Shown: positions 9,380-17,972 of the stretch, piece by piece | Layout: each line of letters begins with the position of its first letter | Position numbering within the stretch: position 1 is the stretch's first letter | Assembly: GCA_965648935.1 (NCBI GenBank) | Contig: CBFGIY010000002.1 | Location: 1 to 28,494, forward strand | Source of the DNA: a candidate division WOR-3 bacterium | GTDB lineage: Bacteria; Hydrothermota; Tepidihabitantia; Tepidihabitantales; Tepidihabitantaceae | Direction: 5' to 3' | Length of the DNA: 28,494 nt | The notes under the pieces: generated by a model | What the model saw: the letters and a program-made list of their open reading frames with translations, nothing else | Told to the model about the DNA's origin: nothing | Database searches by the model: none | Made by a program: the position numbers and the translations under genes

Positions 9380-10414
9380 CTATCGCTTGCGGCCCGATGC
9401 GCCGGTTGCGGCCAGCCGGCGCTTGAGCTCGTCGATGCGCACGATAGTTTGAGGGTTCACACCCTGCAGCCGGGCCAGTTCGAGACTCAAGAGATCACCC
9501 AACATCACCAGCCACAGCATCCGTTCGAACCGGCCCTTACCGGGAGGAGCAAGCACCCGTGCGCATCTGTATGAGCCGCGAGCTATGGCCAGGGTCTCGG
9601 CCACGCGTGCCAAGGTCCGTGGGTGTGTCTCGTTATCGGCCAGCACCATAACAGCGGCACTCCTGGCGACTTCAAGCGGACCACCCATACCGACAATCTC
9701 GTTGTGGTCGAGTTCGGGTAGCTCATTCGTATGACAGACCAGCTTGGCATTCTCATTGAGCTGGCAACGCCAGCGCTCGGCAACCGCGTCGAGGTGTCGC
9801 GCTGAGGACCAGATCACTGGGAAGCAGCCAATGACAGAAGACGCCAGAGCTCTGGCCGAACGCCGCAGTCGGCCAGCTTGAGTTTCAAGCAAACGCGCTG
9901 CCGCGATGACCTCCCGGCTCGCCCGCGGCGCCATGTCCGCTGCTTCAAGCACTCCAAGACAAGCGCCGAGCAAGTACCCAAGCGCTGCCCGTGGCGGCAG
10001 CCCGCCGGGCAATGTTATCAGTGGCCAGCCTGCGTCTCGCGCAAAGGACGCCAGCGTGCCGCCACTGCTAACGGCGACGACTCGGCAGCCGCGGGCGCGC
10101 GCCTGTCTCACGGCTGAAAGCGTTTCCTCTGTCTCTCCCGAGTAGCTTATGGCGACCAGCAGCGCACCTCGTGCTGCGGCGGCAGGCAGGTCATAGTCGC
10201 GGCATGACAAGACCGGCTGCGCCGCCCGGTCCCAGAGCAGCGACCTGCAGATGCTGCCACTGATCCCGGAACCGCCCATTCCGCACACCACGAGGCTGCG
10301 CGGCCGCCCCGGCCGCAGTGCGATAGCCCTAGCCGCGGATAGCCCTGCCCGCAATTGCTCCGGTAGTGCAAGAGTCAGATCAAGCATCGATTGATAGCCG
10401 TCAGGGACGCGCAT
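9380..10414 (-). CDS. Bifunctional phosphoglucose/phosphomannose isomerase (SIS-domain, archaeal-like PGI/PMI)
   Basis: GMGGSGISG, ISYSGETEET, SSGG, PPRAAL, RWRCQLNENAK, LPELDHNEIVG. Start moved to the ATG at 10414, after SD GAGGAGG and overlapping the ptsI end. Confidence 0.9.
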   Translation of the reverse strand: MRVPDGYQSMLDLTLALPEQLRAGLSAARAIALRPGRPRSLVVCGMGGSGISGSICRSLLWDRAAQPVLSCRDYDLPAAAARGALLVAISYSGETEETLSAVRQARARGCRVVAVSSGGTLASFARDAGWPLITLPGGLPPRAALGYLLGACLGVLEAADMAPRASREVIAAARLLETQAGRLRRSARALASSVIGCFPVIWSSARHLDAVAERWRCQLNENAKLVCHTNELPELDHNEIVGMGGPLEVARSAAVMVLADNETHPRTLARVAETLAIARGSYRCARVLAPPGKGRFERMLWLVMLGDLLSLELARLQGVNPQTIVRIDELKRRLAATGASGRKR

Positions 10415-12185
10415 TGCCGCCTCCTCGTGCCTCGGACAGTAGGTCATCCAGGGCCGGGAACCGACGGTGAATCTCGCGCCGCAGAGTGCGCTGCACCTCA
10501 AGCGCAGTGCCCCCTTTCATCGCCAGCGCGACTACATCGGCAGCGGCCTCGGTATCGATCGCCCTTATTATGTTCTTGGTCTCAGGCACGGCGCCGGCCG
10601 AAACCGAAATCTCATCGATCCCCAGCCCGAGCAGCACAAACACTCCCAGAGGGTCTGAGCCGAACTCCCCACACAGCCCGGACCAGATCCCGTGGCGATG
10701 CGCCGCATCGATAGTCTGCTTTATCAACGACAGCACGGCCGGATGAAGCGGATCAAACAGCCGCGCGACACGGTCGTTGCCCCGGTCCACGGCCAGCGTG
10801 TACTGGGTCAGGTCATTCGAACCGACCGACAGGAAAGAGCACTCACGCGCAAGCCGGTCGGCGACTATCGCGGCCGATGGTATCTCCACCATGACCCCAA
10901 CGTCGAAGTTATCGTCATACTCCAGACCGTCGCTCTGCAGTGCGCGCTTCGCCTTCTCCACCTCCAGTTTCGCTCGGCGCAGCTCCTCGACGGTCGCGAC
11001 CATCGGGAACATCACCTTGACGTTGCCGTGAACCGATGCGCGGAGAATCGCGCGTAACTGAGTCTGAAACATCGGCAGATTCTCAAGCGATAACCGTATG
11101 GCCCGAAAACCCAGAAACGGGTTAGGTTCGCTGTAGCCGGCCAGCACCTTGTCGCCCCCCAGGTCAAAGGTGCGGATTATCACAGGGTGCGGGTCGAACA
11201 TCCGGGCCACCTCAGCGTAAGCTTGATACTGCTCCTCCTCGGTCGGCAGCCGGCGCTTGGCCAGATACATGTACTCCGTGCGGAAGAGCCCGACCCCCAG
11301 CGCGCCGTTTGCACGCGCGGCCCTGGCCTCAGCCAGGAACTCGATGTTAGCCGACAGGTCGATGGTCTTACGGTTCAGGGTAACCGGCGCCTCGTCAGCC
11401 AACCGCGACAACGACTGCAGGTGCCGCCTTCGCCGCCCTATCTCGACATCGTAGGCGCGCAATCGATTGTGGCTCGGCGCCGCGATGGCCAGTCCCCGGA
11501 ACCCGTCAACAAGGATCTCTTCGCCGTCTTCGACCGCTCCGGCTACGCCCTCTGCTCCGGCCACCGCAGGGATGCCTTTGGCCTTTGCCATTATCGCGGT
11601 ATGCGATGTCTTGCCGCCGATCTCCAGCACGAGACCGGTAACCCGCTCCGAATCAAGCAAGGCAGCATCGGACGGCGGCAGGTCACGTGCAACCAGAACC
11701 GTGCCCCGTTCCACTTCCAGTACCGAGCGCGACTCGTCGCCAAGCAGGTGCCGCAAGACGCGGTTTGAGACATCGGCGATGTCCAGCAGCCGCTCCTTGA
11801 ACAGCGGGGTCGAACCCGCCAGCGGCGCGGCCAGCGTCTTCAGTGTTTCGGAATAGGCGAACTCGGCATTGCGGCGCCTCTCGGTGACCCACTTCTCGGC
11901 CTGCTCAAGCACGGCCGGGTCGGCCAGCATCGCCAGCTGCACGCCGATGAAGTCAGCGAAATCCGGCCCCATGTCGTGCGTGACCTGCTCGACCAGACTC
12001 CTCAGCTCCCGTTCCGCCATGCGCACCGCGCGCCGGAATCGACCCAGCTCGTCACGTACGCTCTCGGGCGGCAGGACTCGCTCAACGAGCTCGGGCAGGT
12101 AAGGTCTGTAGACCAGCACCTTGCCCGTGCCGAAGCCCGGCGCCACCGGGATACCCCGGAATATTCTTTCGCGCTTACGTCTCAC
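10401..12185 (-). CDS. ptsI: PTS enzyme I (phosphoenolpyruvate-protein phosphotransferase)
   Basis: Phospho-His motif GGKTSHTAIMA; GVGLFRTE, RTFDLGGDK, EPNPFLGFRAIR, SVGSNDLTQY, GLCGE. Confidence 0.96.
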   Translation of the reverse strand: MRRKRERIFRGIPVAPGFGTGKVLVYRPYLPELVERVLPPESVRDELGRFRRAVRMAERELRSLVEQVTHDMGPDFADFIGVQLAMLADPAVLEQAEKWVTERRRNAEFAYSETLKTLAAPLAGSTPLFKERLLDIADVSNRVLRHLLGDESRSVLEVERGTVLVARDLPPSDAALLDSERVTGLVLEIGGKTSHTAIMAKAKGIPAVAGAEGVAGAVEDGEEILVDGFRGLAIAAPSHNRLRAYDVEIGRRRRHLQSLSRLADEAPVTLNRKTIDLSANIEFLAEARAARANGALGVGLFRTEYMYLAKRRLPTEEEQYQAYAEVARMFDPHPVIIRTFDLGGDKVLAGYSEPNPFLGFRAIRLSLENLPMFQTQLRAILRASVHGNVKVMFPMVATVEELRRAKLEVEKAKRALQSDGLEYDDNFDVGVMVEIPSAAIVADRLARECSFLSVGSNDLTQYTLAVDRGNDRVARLFDPLHPAVLSLIKQTIDAAHRHGIWSGLCGEFGSDPLGVFVLLGLGIDEISVSAGAVPETKNIIRAIDTEAAADVVALAMKGGTALEVQRTLRREIHRRFPALDDLLSEARGGGNARP

Positions 12186-12435
12186 TACTCTCCAGCTTGT
12201 GTTTCAACTGCTCGAATGCCTCGGCCTCGTCGAGCCCGTTGACCTCCAGCAGCACCTCGCTCCCGGATTCGGCAGCCAGCGTCAACAGGGCCAGTATGCT
12301 CTTGGCGTTGACCTTCATCCCGTCCTTGGTAAGGCGAACGTCAGAACGAAAACGCTCGGCGATACGCACGAACTCGGCCGCGGGCCGCGCGTGCAGCCCG
12401 ACCGGACCGCCAATCTTGACGACCCCACGCTTCAC
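12175..12435 (-). CDS. ptsH: Phosphocarrier protein HPr (86 aa)
   Basis: GLHARPAA (His15) and VNAKSILALLTL (Ser46). GTG start overlaps the IID stop (GTGA). Only the last 86 aa of the listed 265-aa ORF are real. Confidence 0.93.
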   Translation of the reverse strand: MKRGVVKIGGPVGLHARPAAEFVRIAERFRSDVRLTKDGMKVNAKSILALLTLAAESGSEVLLEVNGLDEAEAFEQLKHKLESSET

Positions 12436-13121
12436 ACGACAACCCTCACAACAACCAGAGCCAGCAGCGCCAACGGCAGGAGCCAGGCGCCCATCCGCCT
12501 GAAGCCAAACAACAGCCAAGCCGCGACACCGCTCGCCATCACTGTCAGCCAAGGTCCGGCGACAATCGCACGCACGCAGAGAAACCCGCTCAAGGCTGCA
12601 CAGACCGGTAGCATGATGGTGTTCAGCCGGCTCAAACCACCAGCCAGCCGCAGTGCGGCGTCCTTTCCCCGCGCAAGGCCAGCAACAAGGCCCAGACAAC
12701 GCGTTCCCTGTCCTGCAACCGCGAACGGCACAAGTAGCACCAGCGGACCGAGAACCGAAACGAACCCGGCGCTTGCCACCGCGGCGACCGAGAGCCCGGG
12801 CCTCAGTGTCCGCCAGAAGAACACATCGCCAACCGCGGCCAACGACGTCTGCAGTGGACCGGACAGCCGTGCCCCGTCGGGCTCGCCTCGCGCCTCGTGG
12901 TGCGCCACGACACCGGCGACAACACCGGCAAGAAACGGATTGGTATTGAACTGACCGCGGAAGCTTCGCCACAGCTCGTGGCGCAATCCCGCGTCCCGCG
13001 CCAGCGCCAACAGCACCACGCAGAAGCCCAATCCCTGAGCCCCGCCATAGGACCAGGAAGCCTGTACCAGGGGCAAAGCCAGCATTGCCAGCATGACTCC
13101 GGCCATACCTGTCGTCTGCAT
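12432..13121 (-). CDS. PTS mannose/fructose/sorbose family IID component
   Basis: QASWSYGGAQGLGF (cf. QASWNYERMQ), FNTNP, LAAVGDVFFWRTLRP; hydrophobic. Confidence 0.85.
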   Translation of the reverse strand: MQTTGMAGVMLAMLALPLVQASWSYGGAQGLGFCVVLLALARDAGLRHELWRSFRGQFNTNPFLAGVVAGVVAHHEARGEPDGARLSGPLQTSLAAVGDVFFWRTLRPGLSVAAVASAGFVSVLGPLVLLVPFAVAGQGTRCLGLVAGLARGKDAALRLAGGLSRLNTIMLPVCAALSGFLCVRAIVAGPWLTVMASGVAAWLLFGFRRMGAWLLPLALLALVVVRVVV

Positions 13122-13156
13122 CTCAGCTCACGAAGCGGGTATTGCGCACATTCACG

Positions 13157-13184
13157 ATTGTATCAGACGCGGCTGAACCGTCAC
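13157..13184 (-). promoter_or_regulatory. Internal promoter upstream of IID-ptsH-ptsI
   Basis: GTGACG-N16-TACAAT in the only sizeable gap (75 nt) of the operon. Confidence 0.55.
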
Positions 13185-13196
13185 GCCGATCGTTCC

Positions 13197-13877
13197 TCAT
13201 CGACCTGTCACGAGCCACAGAACACCGGCTGCGGCCCCTCCCGCCGCAAACCACGGTACGCGCCGCAGGCTGACAAGCATCCGCACTACACCAGCCACGC
13301 CGATAGCCAGAGTAACTCCCAGAACCTCAGCACGATCGAATTCCGGCAGTGAAGGAACGAACCGTGCAAGACCAAGCCCTATCCCCGTGATCACGGCAGC
13401 CAGCGCCGCGCCTCGCGCCCAAGAAGCGGGGATACCGACCAAATGCCAGCAGACCGTTGCGGCAGGCGTCCGCGCACGAATGCCGGCATCGAACAGCCTG
13501 TTGTTCATCCGCTTGAGTGATGAATCGAGAATCTCGCCAATCACAGCCCCGACAAAGGCGATTGCCAGTGCCGCGAAGTACAGGCGGCCTTCGCCCGCAT
13601 CCGGCACCACCCCGCAAAGCACGCGATAGCCGACGATTGCTGCGACTCCACCGCCTTGATAGTCCACATTTCGCGACTTACCCAAAGGCAACGCCGCCAC
13701 CCAGACCAGTTGCAGAGCCGAGCCCAGGGCCAGTCCGTGACCGGGCATGCCCATGAGCCAGCCCAGCAGCGGGCACGCCACTATCGGCTGGGAAACCCCC
13801 ACCTCGCCGACTGCCCACTTGTCCAACAGCAGAAGTCCACAGAGCGCCCACACCCCGGCCATCTCCAGTAGCGTCAA
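13197..13877 (-). CDS. PTS mannose/fructose/sorbose family IIC component
   Basis: SQPIVACPLLGWLMG...GLALGSALQLVW...PLG; multiple TM segments. Start is either TTG 13877 (overlapping the IIB stop, SD GGAGG) or ATG 13862. Confidence 0.85.
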   Translation of the reverse strand: MTLLEMAGVWALCGLLLLDKWAVGEVGVSQPIVACPLLGWLMGMPGHGLALGSALQLVWVAALPLGKSRNVDYQGGGVAAIVGYRVLCGVVPDAGEGRLYFAALAIAFVGAVIGEILDSSLKRMNNRLFDAGIRARTPAATVCWHLVGIPASWARGAALAAVITGIGLGLARFVPSLPEFDRAEVLGVTLAIGVAGVVRMLVSLRRVPWFAAGGAAAGVLWLVTGR

Positions 13878-14350
13878 CTGCCCTCCAGCAAGCTGGCCAG
13901 GTCCCACGCCTGCGAACCGGGCAACATCCGGGCCTCCAGCTTCACGCCCCGTGCAACCAGCCAGCGGCAATCCGCGCGCTCCTCCTCCGAAAGCCAGACG
14001 AACGGCAGCAACTCGGTGCGCCCCTCACCCCGATGCACACCGCCCACGTTCAGCGTGGGAACATGAAGCCCGGCCTCGACCAACCGCCGGGCATCACCCA
14101 CCGAACCCACCAACGCAAGTGTGCTCGGGCGGTCCGCTTGGCTCAGCATCGATGACGCCTCTGCAACAGGGAGGCAGACGAACTCGACGCCATCGGGCAG
14201 GGCGGTGCGATACAGCTCCCGTTCCAGCTCGTCCGCAGCCGCAGCGTCGTTGGCCAGCACGACTACCTTGATGTCCAGCGGCTCGACCCAGCCAGCCGAA
14301 ACCTGGCCGTGCACCAAACGGTCATCAACGCGCACGATGAGGCCTTTCAT
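13874..14350 (-). CDS. PTS mannose/fructose/sorbose family IIB component
   Basis: RVDDRLVHGQV phospho-His motif; LNVGG. Confidence 0.93.
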   Translation of the reverse strand: MKGLIVRVDDRLVHGQVSAGWVEPLDIKVVVLANDAAAADELERELYRTALPDGVEFVCLPVAEASSMLSQADRPSTLALVGSVGDARRLVEAGLHVPTLNVGGVHRGEGRTELLPFVWLSEEERADCRWLVARGVKLEARMLPGSQAWDLASLLEGS

Positions 14351-14358
14351 AGCCGCTA

Positions 14359-14386
14359 ACTATATTCCCACTCTCCCGTCCGTCAA
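14359..14386 (-). promoter_or_regulatory. sigma70-like promoter of the PTS operon (leaderless or near-leaderless)
   Basis: TTGACG-N16-TATAGT-N8-ATG, no SD. Confidence 0.7.
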
Positions 14387-14458
14387 TCCCGCCCGGCTAT
14401 GCCGCACGGTGGCCATGCGAAGGCCACCGACGAACCGCAGCCCAACCTTGCCCCCGAG

Positions 14459-14486
14459 TTGACTCACCGACTTCCCGGCCTATGCT
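14459..14486 (+). promoter_or_regulatory. tRNA promoter
   Basis: TTGACT-N16-TATGCT, 17 nt before the tRNA 5' end. Confidence 0.7.
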
Positions 14487-14503
14487 TGCATCATTCACTC
14501 GAT

Positions 14504-14575
14504 TGGGGGATCGTCTAACTGGCAGGACAGCTGACTCTGGATCAGCCAGTCGGGGTTCAAATCCCTGTCCCCCAG
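14504..14575 (+). tRNA. tRNA-Gln (anticodon CTG)
   Basis: Acceptor stem TGGGGGA/TCCCCCA with U1-A72, anticodon arm GCTGA-CTCTGGA-TCAGC, T loop GGTTCAAATCC, discriminator G. CCA does not directly follow (CTCCA). Confidence 0.95.
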
Positions 14576-14584
14576 CTCCATTGC

Positions 14585-14615
14585 GGCCGGCGCCCAGGCG
14601 CCGGCCCTGTCTTTC
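14585..14615 (+). terminator. Probable intrinsic terminator after tRNA-Gln
   Basis: GGCCGGCGCC-ca-GGCGCCGGCC hairpin followed by CTGTCTTTC. Confidence 0.6.
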
Positions 14616-15431
14616 GGAACCACGGGATTGGACGCGCGACCTGCCCTGCACGTTCGCATCGGCTCAGTCGAACCGGATCTAGGTCGGCCTTTTCACCTAT
14701 GTCTGACGCACGCCGGCTGTGTGTCTCATTCCTGCCTTCGCGATGTGGCTCGTCCTCCATTCTGAGACCTGAGTGGACTTCAGTCTGGGCACAGGGCTGA
14801 ACCAGATATGCATCCCCGGGGTCACCCCCTCCACAACCTGTAGCGCGACTACTGTGGTCAATCCACAACTGACACAGATCATCTCTATCTCTGGGCTAAG
14901 CCACCTCTCTCGCCGCACCTGCCATAAGCCCCGAGACACGCCACGGACCCGACCGCGCGTCGATCAAATCACCCTCGCGTCCCTCGTCCGCTCATCCCGC
15001 CATGCTACCTCTGCCTCACTAACGAAAAACGGTGCGCCGCCAACACGGAAAAGTGAACCGGCCAGACTGGGCACGGTTCTGCTACCGGCAATGCCACTGC
15101 CGAGTGGCCGCCGGTTCCTCCTCTGCCGGCATCCCGCCACAGCGGCGCGCTCCAGCAGTCACCCGACCAAGTCCTTTGCGCTGGCGGCTGGACCGGCGTA
15201 TCGAACCGTCAGGATGCGGCGGCTGCGCTCGACATGCCCGACTGGCATACAGCACTGCTCTCATCTGCTGGTCAACTGGTATTGCGGCTGAGTCCGAGCA
15301 CCAACAATGTCGAACGTCTCCCCTCAGGGGTGTGTTGCTCCAAGACCACCAGCGGTTCTGTTATGGGGCGAGTCGTGCGCGTGCGCTGAGCCGGCGCCGG
15401 CAACATCGGCCTCGCCAGTGCGTTGTCTGTC

Positions 15432-16275
15432 CTAGCGGTACCGGTCCACCAGCTCGTCGGCATAGCCGACCACAGAATGGGCAAGTTCAACCACCTCCTC
15501 GGTACCGATATCAAGCATCTGCGAGCTTATGAACCTGTTACCAGGGTGCCAGATGTATGACACCGATATTGCCGAGCCATACCCCGGCTCTTCAGGATCC
15601 AGGTCCATACTCACTACATAGAGCTCAAGCCGCGCCTCGCTGGCTGAGTAGACTGACCTCAGACCGAAGTCACGCAACTGACGTCTGAGCTCACGCGCAA
15701 ACTGCGCCCCGACCACATCGTCACCAGTGTGACGGACATAGACCCCAATGCGGGACCGCGGCACCCTTGGCGCCGACCGAACGACAACAGGCGGCGGCAT
15801 GTAGACAACTGGCCCCCAGAACCAGATGAAGCGCCAGTGACCGTAGTGCATATACCGATCGCGACGCCAGTGGGAACGGCGCCGGTGCCGCGGATCACCG
15901 GGACCAGGCCGCCCTTGACCGCGCCGGCCGTGGTCGATAACCGGGGGGGGGATTGGAACCACGACCCCGTCCGCCTCGATGGTCTATCTCGAGTCTGGCG
16001 TCGCCGCCTGCCTCGGTCGTCCCGACAGGTGCAGACGAGGCCCTCGCTGCCGCCCGGCTCTCGGGTCTGACACTGCCAGTGGCCGGCCTGCCCGGGTCAG
16101 GCCTGCCCGAACTTGTTGCCAACGGCGGCATGGACGAGTTGCTTGCAGATGGACGGACAACCGCCCTCGACTCGGCGGTCTCCTGTGCTTGCAGTGCATC
16201 TGTCTCGCCGGCAAGCACCGAACCAACACCGGCAAGCAGTAGCACGGTGCAGAGAAGTGACACTCTGACTTCCAC
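15432..16275 (-). pseudogene. Secreted hypothetical protein split by a 1-nt frameshift in a C9 run (phase-variable gene, pseudogene or sequencing error)
   Basis: 5' ORF 15895..16275 has SD AAGGAGG and a signal peptide. 3' ORF 15432..15962 encodes a globular-looking domain. Removing one G from G9 (15943-15951) joins them into 280 aa (...GSNPPP-VIDHGRR...). Confidence 0.7.
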
Positions 16276-16433
16276 TTATCCTCCTTTCAGATGGTTAGAC
16301 CACCCGATAGACTGCCGACTTTCCCCAGTCGCCCGCCGCTTGGAGACACTCATCGTCATTAACGGAGTTACATCGTCGGGACCTGTTCTATTCCGTCCGG
16401 TCATGTCTGACCACGGGCATCACCTGCCGTGAA

Positions 16434-16461
16434 TTGACTTCGGTATCCGATGTGCTAACAT
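16434..16461 (+). promoter_or_regulatory. sigma70-like promoter of the gcv operon (leaderless or near-leaderless)
   Basis: TTGACT-N16-TAACAT-N8-ATG, with TGn extended -10 and no SD. Confidence 0.7.
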
Positions 16462-16469
16462 AGCCGCCC

Positions 16470-17567
16470 ATGCCGAAACTAACACCGTTCTACGATCGCC
16501 ACTTGGCCGCGGGTGGCCGGATGGTCGACTTCGCGGGCTACAGCCTCCCGATCCAGTTCAAGGGCATCATTCCCGAACACAAGCTCGTGCGGACTTCGGT
16601 GGGCGTGTTCGACGTGTCCCATATGGGCCGCATTGAAGTTCGCGGACCGCACGCGCTGGACTTCATCAACGGAATGACGACCAACGACGCATCCCGGCTT
16701 GAGGTCTGGCAGGCCCAGTACTCGGTGCTCTGTTACCCTGACGGCGGCATCGTCGACGACCTAGTTGTCTACCGTCTGCCTGACCGCTACCTGCTGGTCG
16801 TCAACGGCGCGAACAGCGCCAAGGACGCGGCCTGGCTCGAGGAACACGTCATCGACGGAGTCACCATGGAGGTCGCCACACCGCGCATCTCGCAGCTCGC
16901 GGTGCAGGGTCCGAAGGCTGAGCCAACGTTGCAGAAGATTACCTCGGCAGAACTCGGGCGGGTGGGGTTCTATTGGTCGGCCGAGCTCGAAGTTGCGGGT
17001 GTGCGGATGCTTGTCTCGCGCACAGGCTACACGGGCGAGGACGGTTTCGAGCTTTACATCCCCGCAGAACGATCACTCGAAGTGTGGGACGCGGTTTTCG
17101 ATGCCGGGGCCGAGTTCGGCATAGAACCCATCGGCTTGGGCGCGCGCGACACGCTCCGGATGGAGATGAAGATGGCGCTCTACGGCAACGACATCGACCA
17201 GACCACGAACCCGATAGAGGCCGGGCTCGGCTGGGTAGTCGCGCTCGACAAGTCCGATGGCTTCATCGGCCAGGACGTTCTGCGCGCTGTGAGCGAAAGA
17301 AAACCCGACCGGCGTCTCGTCTGCCTTGAGATGCAGGACCGCTCCATACCGCGCCCCGGCTACGCGATAAACGCCGATAGCCGCGCGGTGGGACACGTCA
17401 CCAGCGGCACGCTGTCACCGTCGCTGGGCAAGGGCATTGCACTTGGCTATGTCGAGCGGCCGCTGGCCAAGCCCGGCACCGTGCTGGGCATCAACATCCG
17501 CGGCAGCGTGGCGCCCGCGCTGGTTGTCAAACCGCCGTTCTACAAGCACGGCTCCCGAAAGCAGTAG
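16470..17567 (+). CDS. gcvT: Glycine cleavage system T protein (aminomethyltransferase)
   Basis: GVFDVSHMG, GGIVDDL, AVQGP, SRTGYTGEDGFEL, GLGARDTLRME. Confidence 0.97.
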   Translation: MPKLTPFYDRHLAAGGRMVDFAGYSLPIQFKGIIPEHKLVRTSVGVFDVSHMGRIEVRGPHALDFINGMTTNDASRLEVWQAQYSVLCYPDGGIVDDLVVYRLPDRYLLVVNGANSAKDAAWLEEHVIDGVTMEVATPRISQLAVQGPKAEPTLQKITSAELGRVGFYWSAELEVAGVRMLVSRTGYTGEDGFELYIPAERSLEVWDAVFDAGAEFGIEPIGLGARDTLRMEMKMALYGNDIDQTTNPIEAGLGWVVALDKSDGFIGQDVLRAVSERKPDRRLVCLEMQDRSIPRPGYAINADSRAVGHVTSGTLSPSLGKGIALGYVERPLAKPGTVLGINIRGSVAPALVVKPPFYKHGSRKQ

Positions 17568-17576
17568 GAGGATACT

Positions 17577-17972
17577 GTGGCTGAGTTTCCCAAGGAACTG
17601 AAGTACTCCAAGACCCACGAGTGGATTCGCGTCGAAGGCGACATCGCTGTCGTCGGCATCACTGATTTCGCCCAGAGAGAGCTTTCCGATATCGTCTACG
17701 TAGATGTGAACACGGTCGGCCAGACGGTCAGCAAGGACACGCCCATTGGCACCATCGAGGCGGTCAAGGCTGTGTCTGACCTGAACGCCCCGGTCTCGGG
17801 CGAAGTCGTCGCGGCCAACGAAGCGCTCAAGGACAACCCTGCCCTGGTCAACACCGAACCCTACGGAGCGGGCTGGATAGCCCGGGTCAGAATCACGAAC
17901 AGAGTCGAGATCGACGAGCTGCTCGATTCCGCGGCATACGCCGAACTCGCCGCCAAGTCAGCACACCATTGA
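17577..17972 (+). CDS. gcvH: Glycine cleavage system H protein
   Basis: [15 protein letters not shown], lipoyl-Lys [26 protein letters not shown]. Confidence 0.97.
   Translation: MAEFPKELKYSKTHEWIRVEGDIAVVGITDFAQRELSDIVYVDVNTVGQTVSKDTPIGTIEAVKAVSDLNAPVSGEVVAANEALKDNPALVNTEPYGAGWIARVRITNRVEIDELLDSAAYAELAAKSAHH

Noticed and set aside
12436..12972. Apparent N-terminally extended 265-aa HPr
   Set aside because: The extension is an alternative frame inside the IID gene; the true start is GTG 12435.
14830..14878. Tandem NrdR boxes or DnaA boxes
   Set aside because: Only the first copy resembles the NrdR consensus and there is no nrd gene nearby. The DnaA-box matches have two or more mismatches.
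14697..14939. 80-aa minus-strand ORF with CxxC, and the 172-aa and 166-aa plus-strand ORFs nearby
   Set aside because: No clear SD or promoter, no recognisable domain, and composition typical of chance ORFs in GC-rich DNA.
14504..16275. Genomic island or prophage integrated at tRNA-Gln
   Set aside because: No integrase gene, and I noticed no duplicated tRNA 3' end.
16276..16345. ZTP (pfl) riboswitch-like GCGACTGG...GGTGG-tcta-ACCA on the minus strand near gcvT
   Set aside because: It lacks the GGGAG strand and the 3' GCCTGGGC hairpin, and it faces away from gcvT.
16344..16372. ECF-sigma-like promoter TGTAAC-N19-GTCT for the frameshifted gene
   Set aside because: The spacing is long and the motif short, so it cannot be supported without the cognate sigma factor.
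16276..16469. Glycine riboswitch upstream of gcvT
   Set aside because: No aptamer consensus is visible, and the promoter position leaves no room for a leader.
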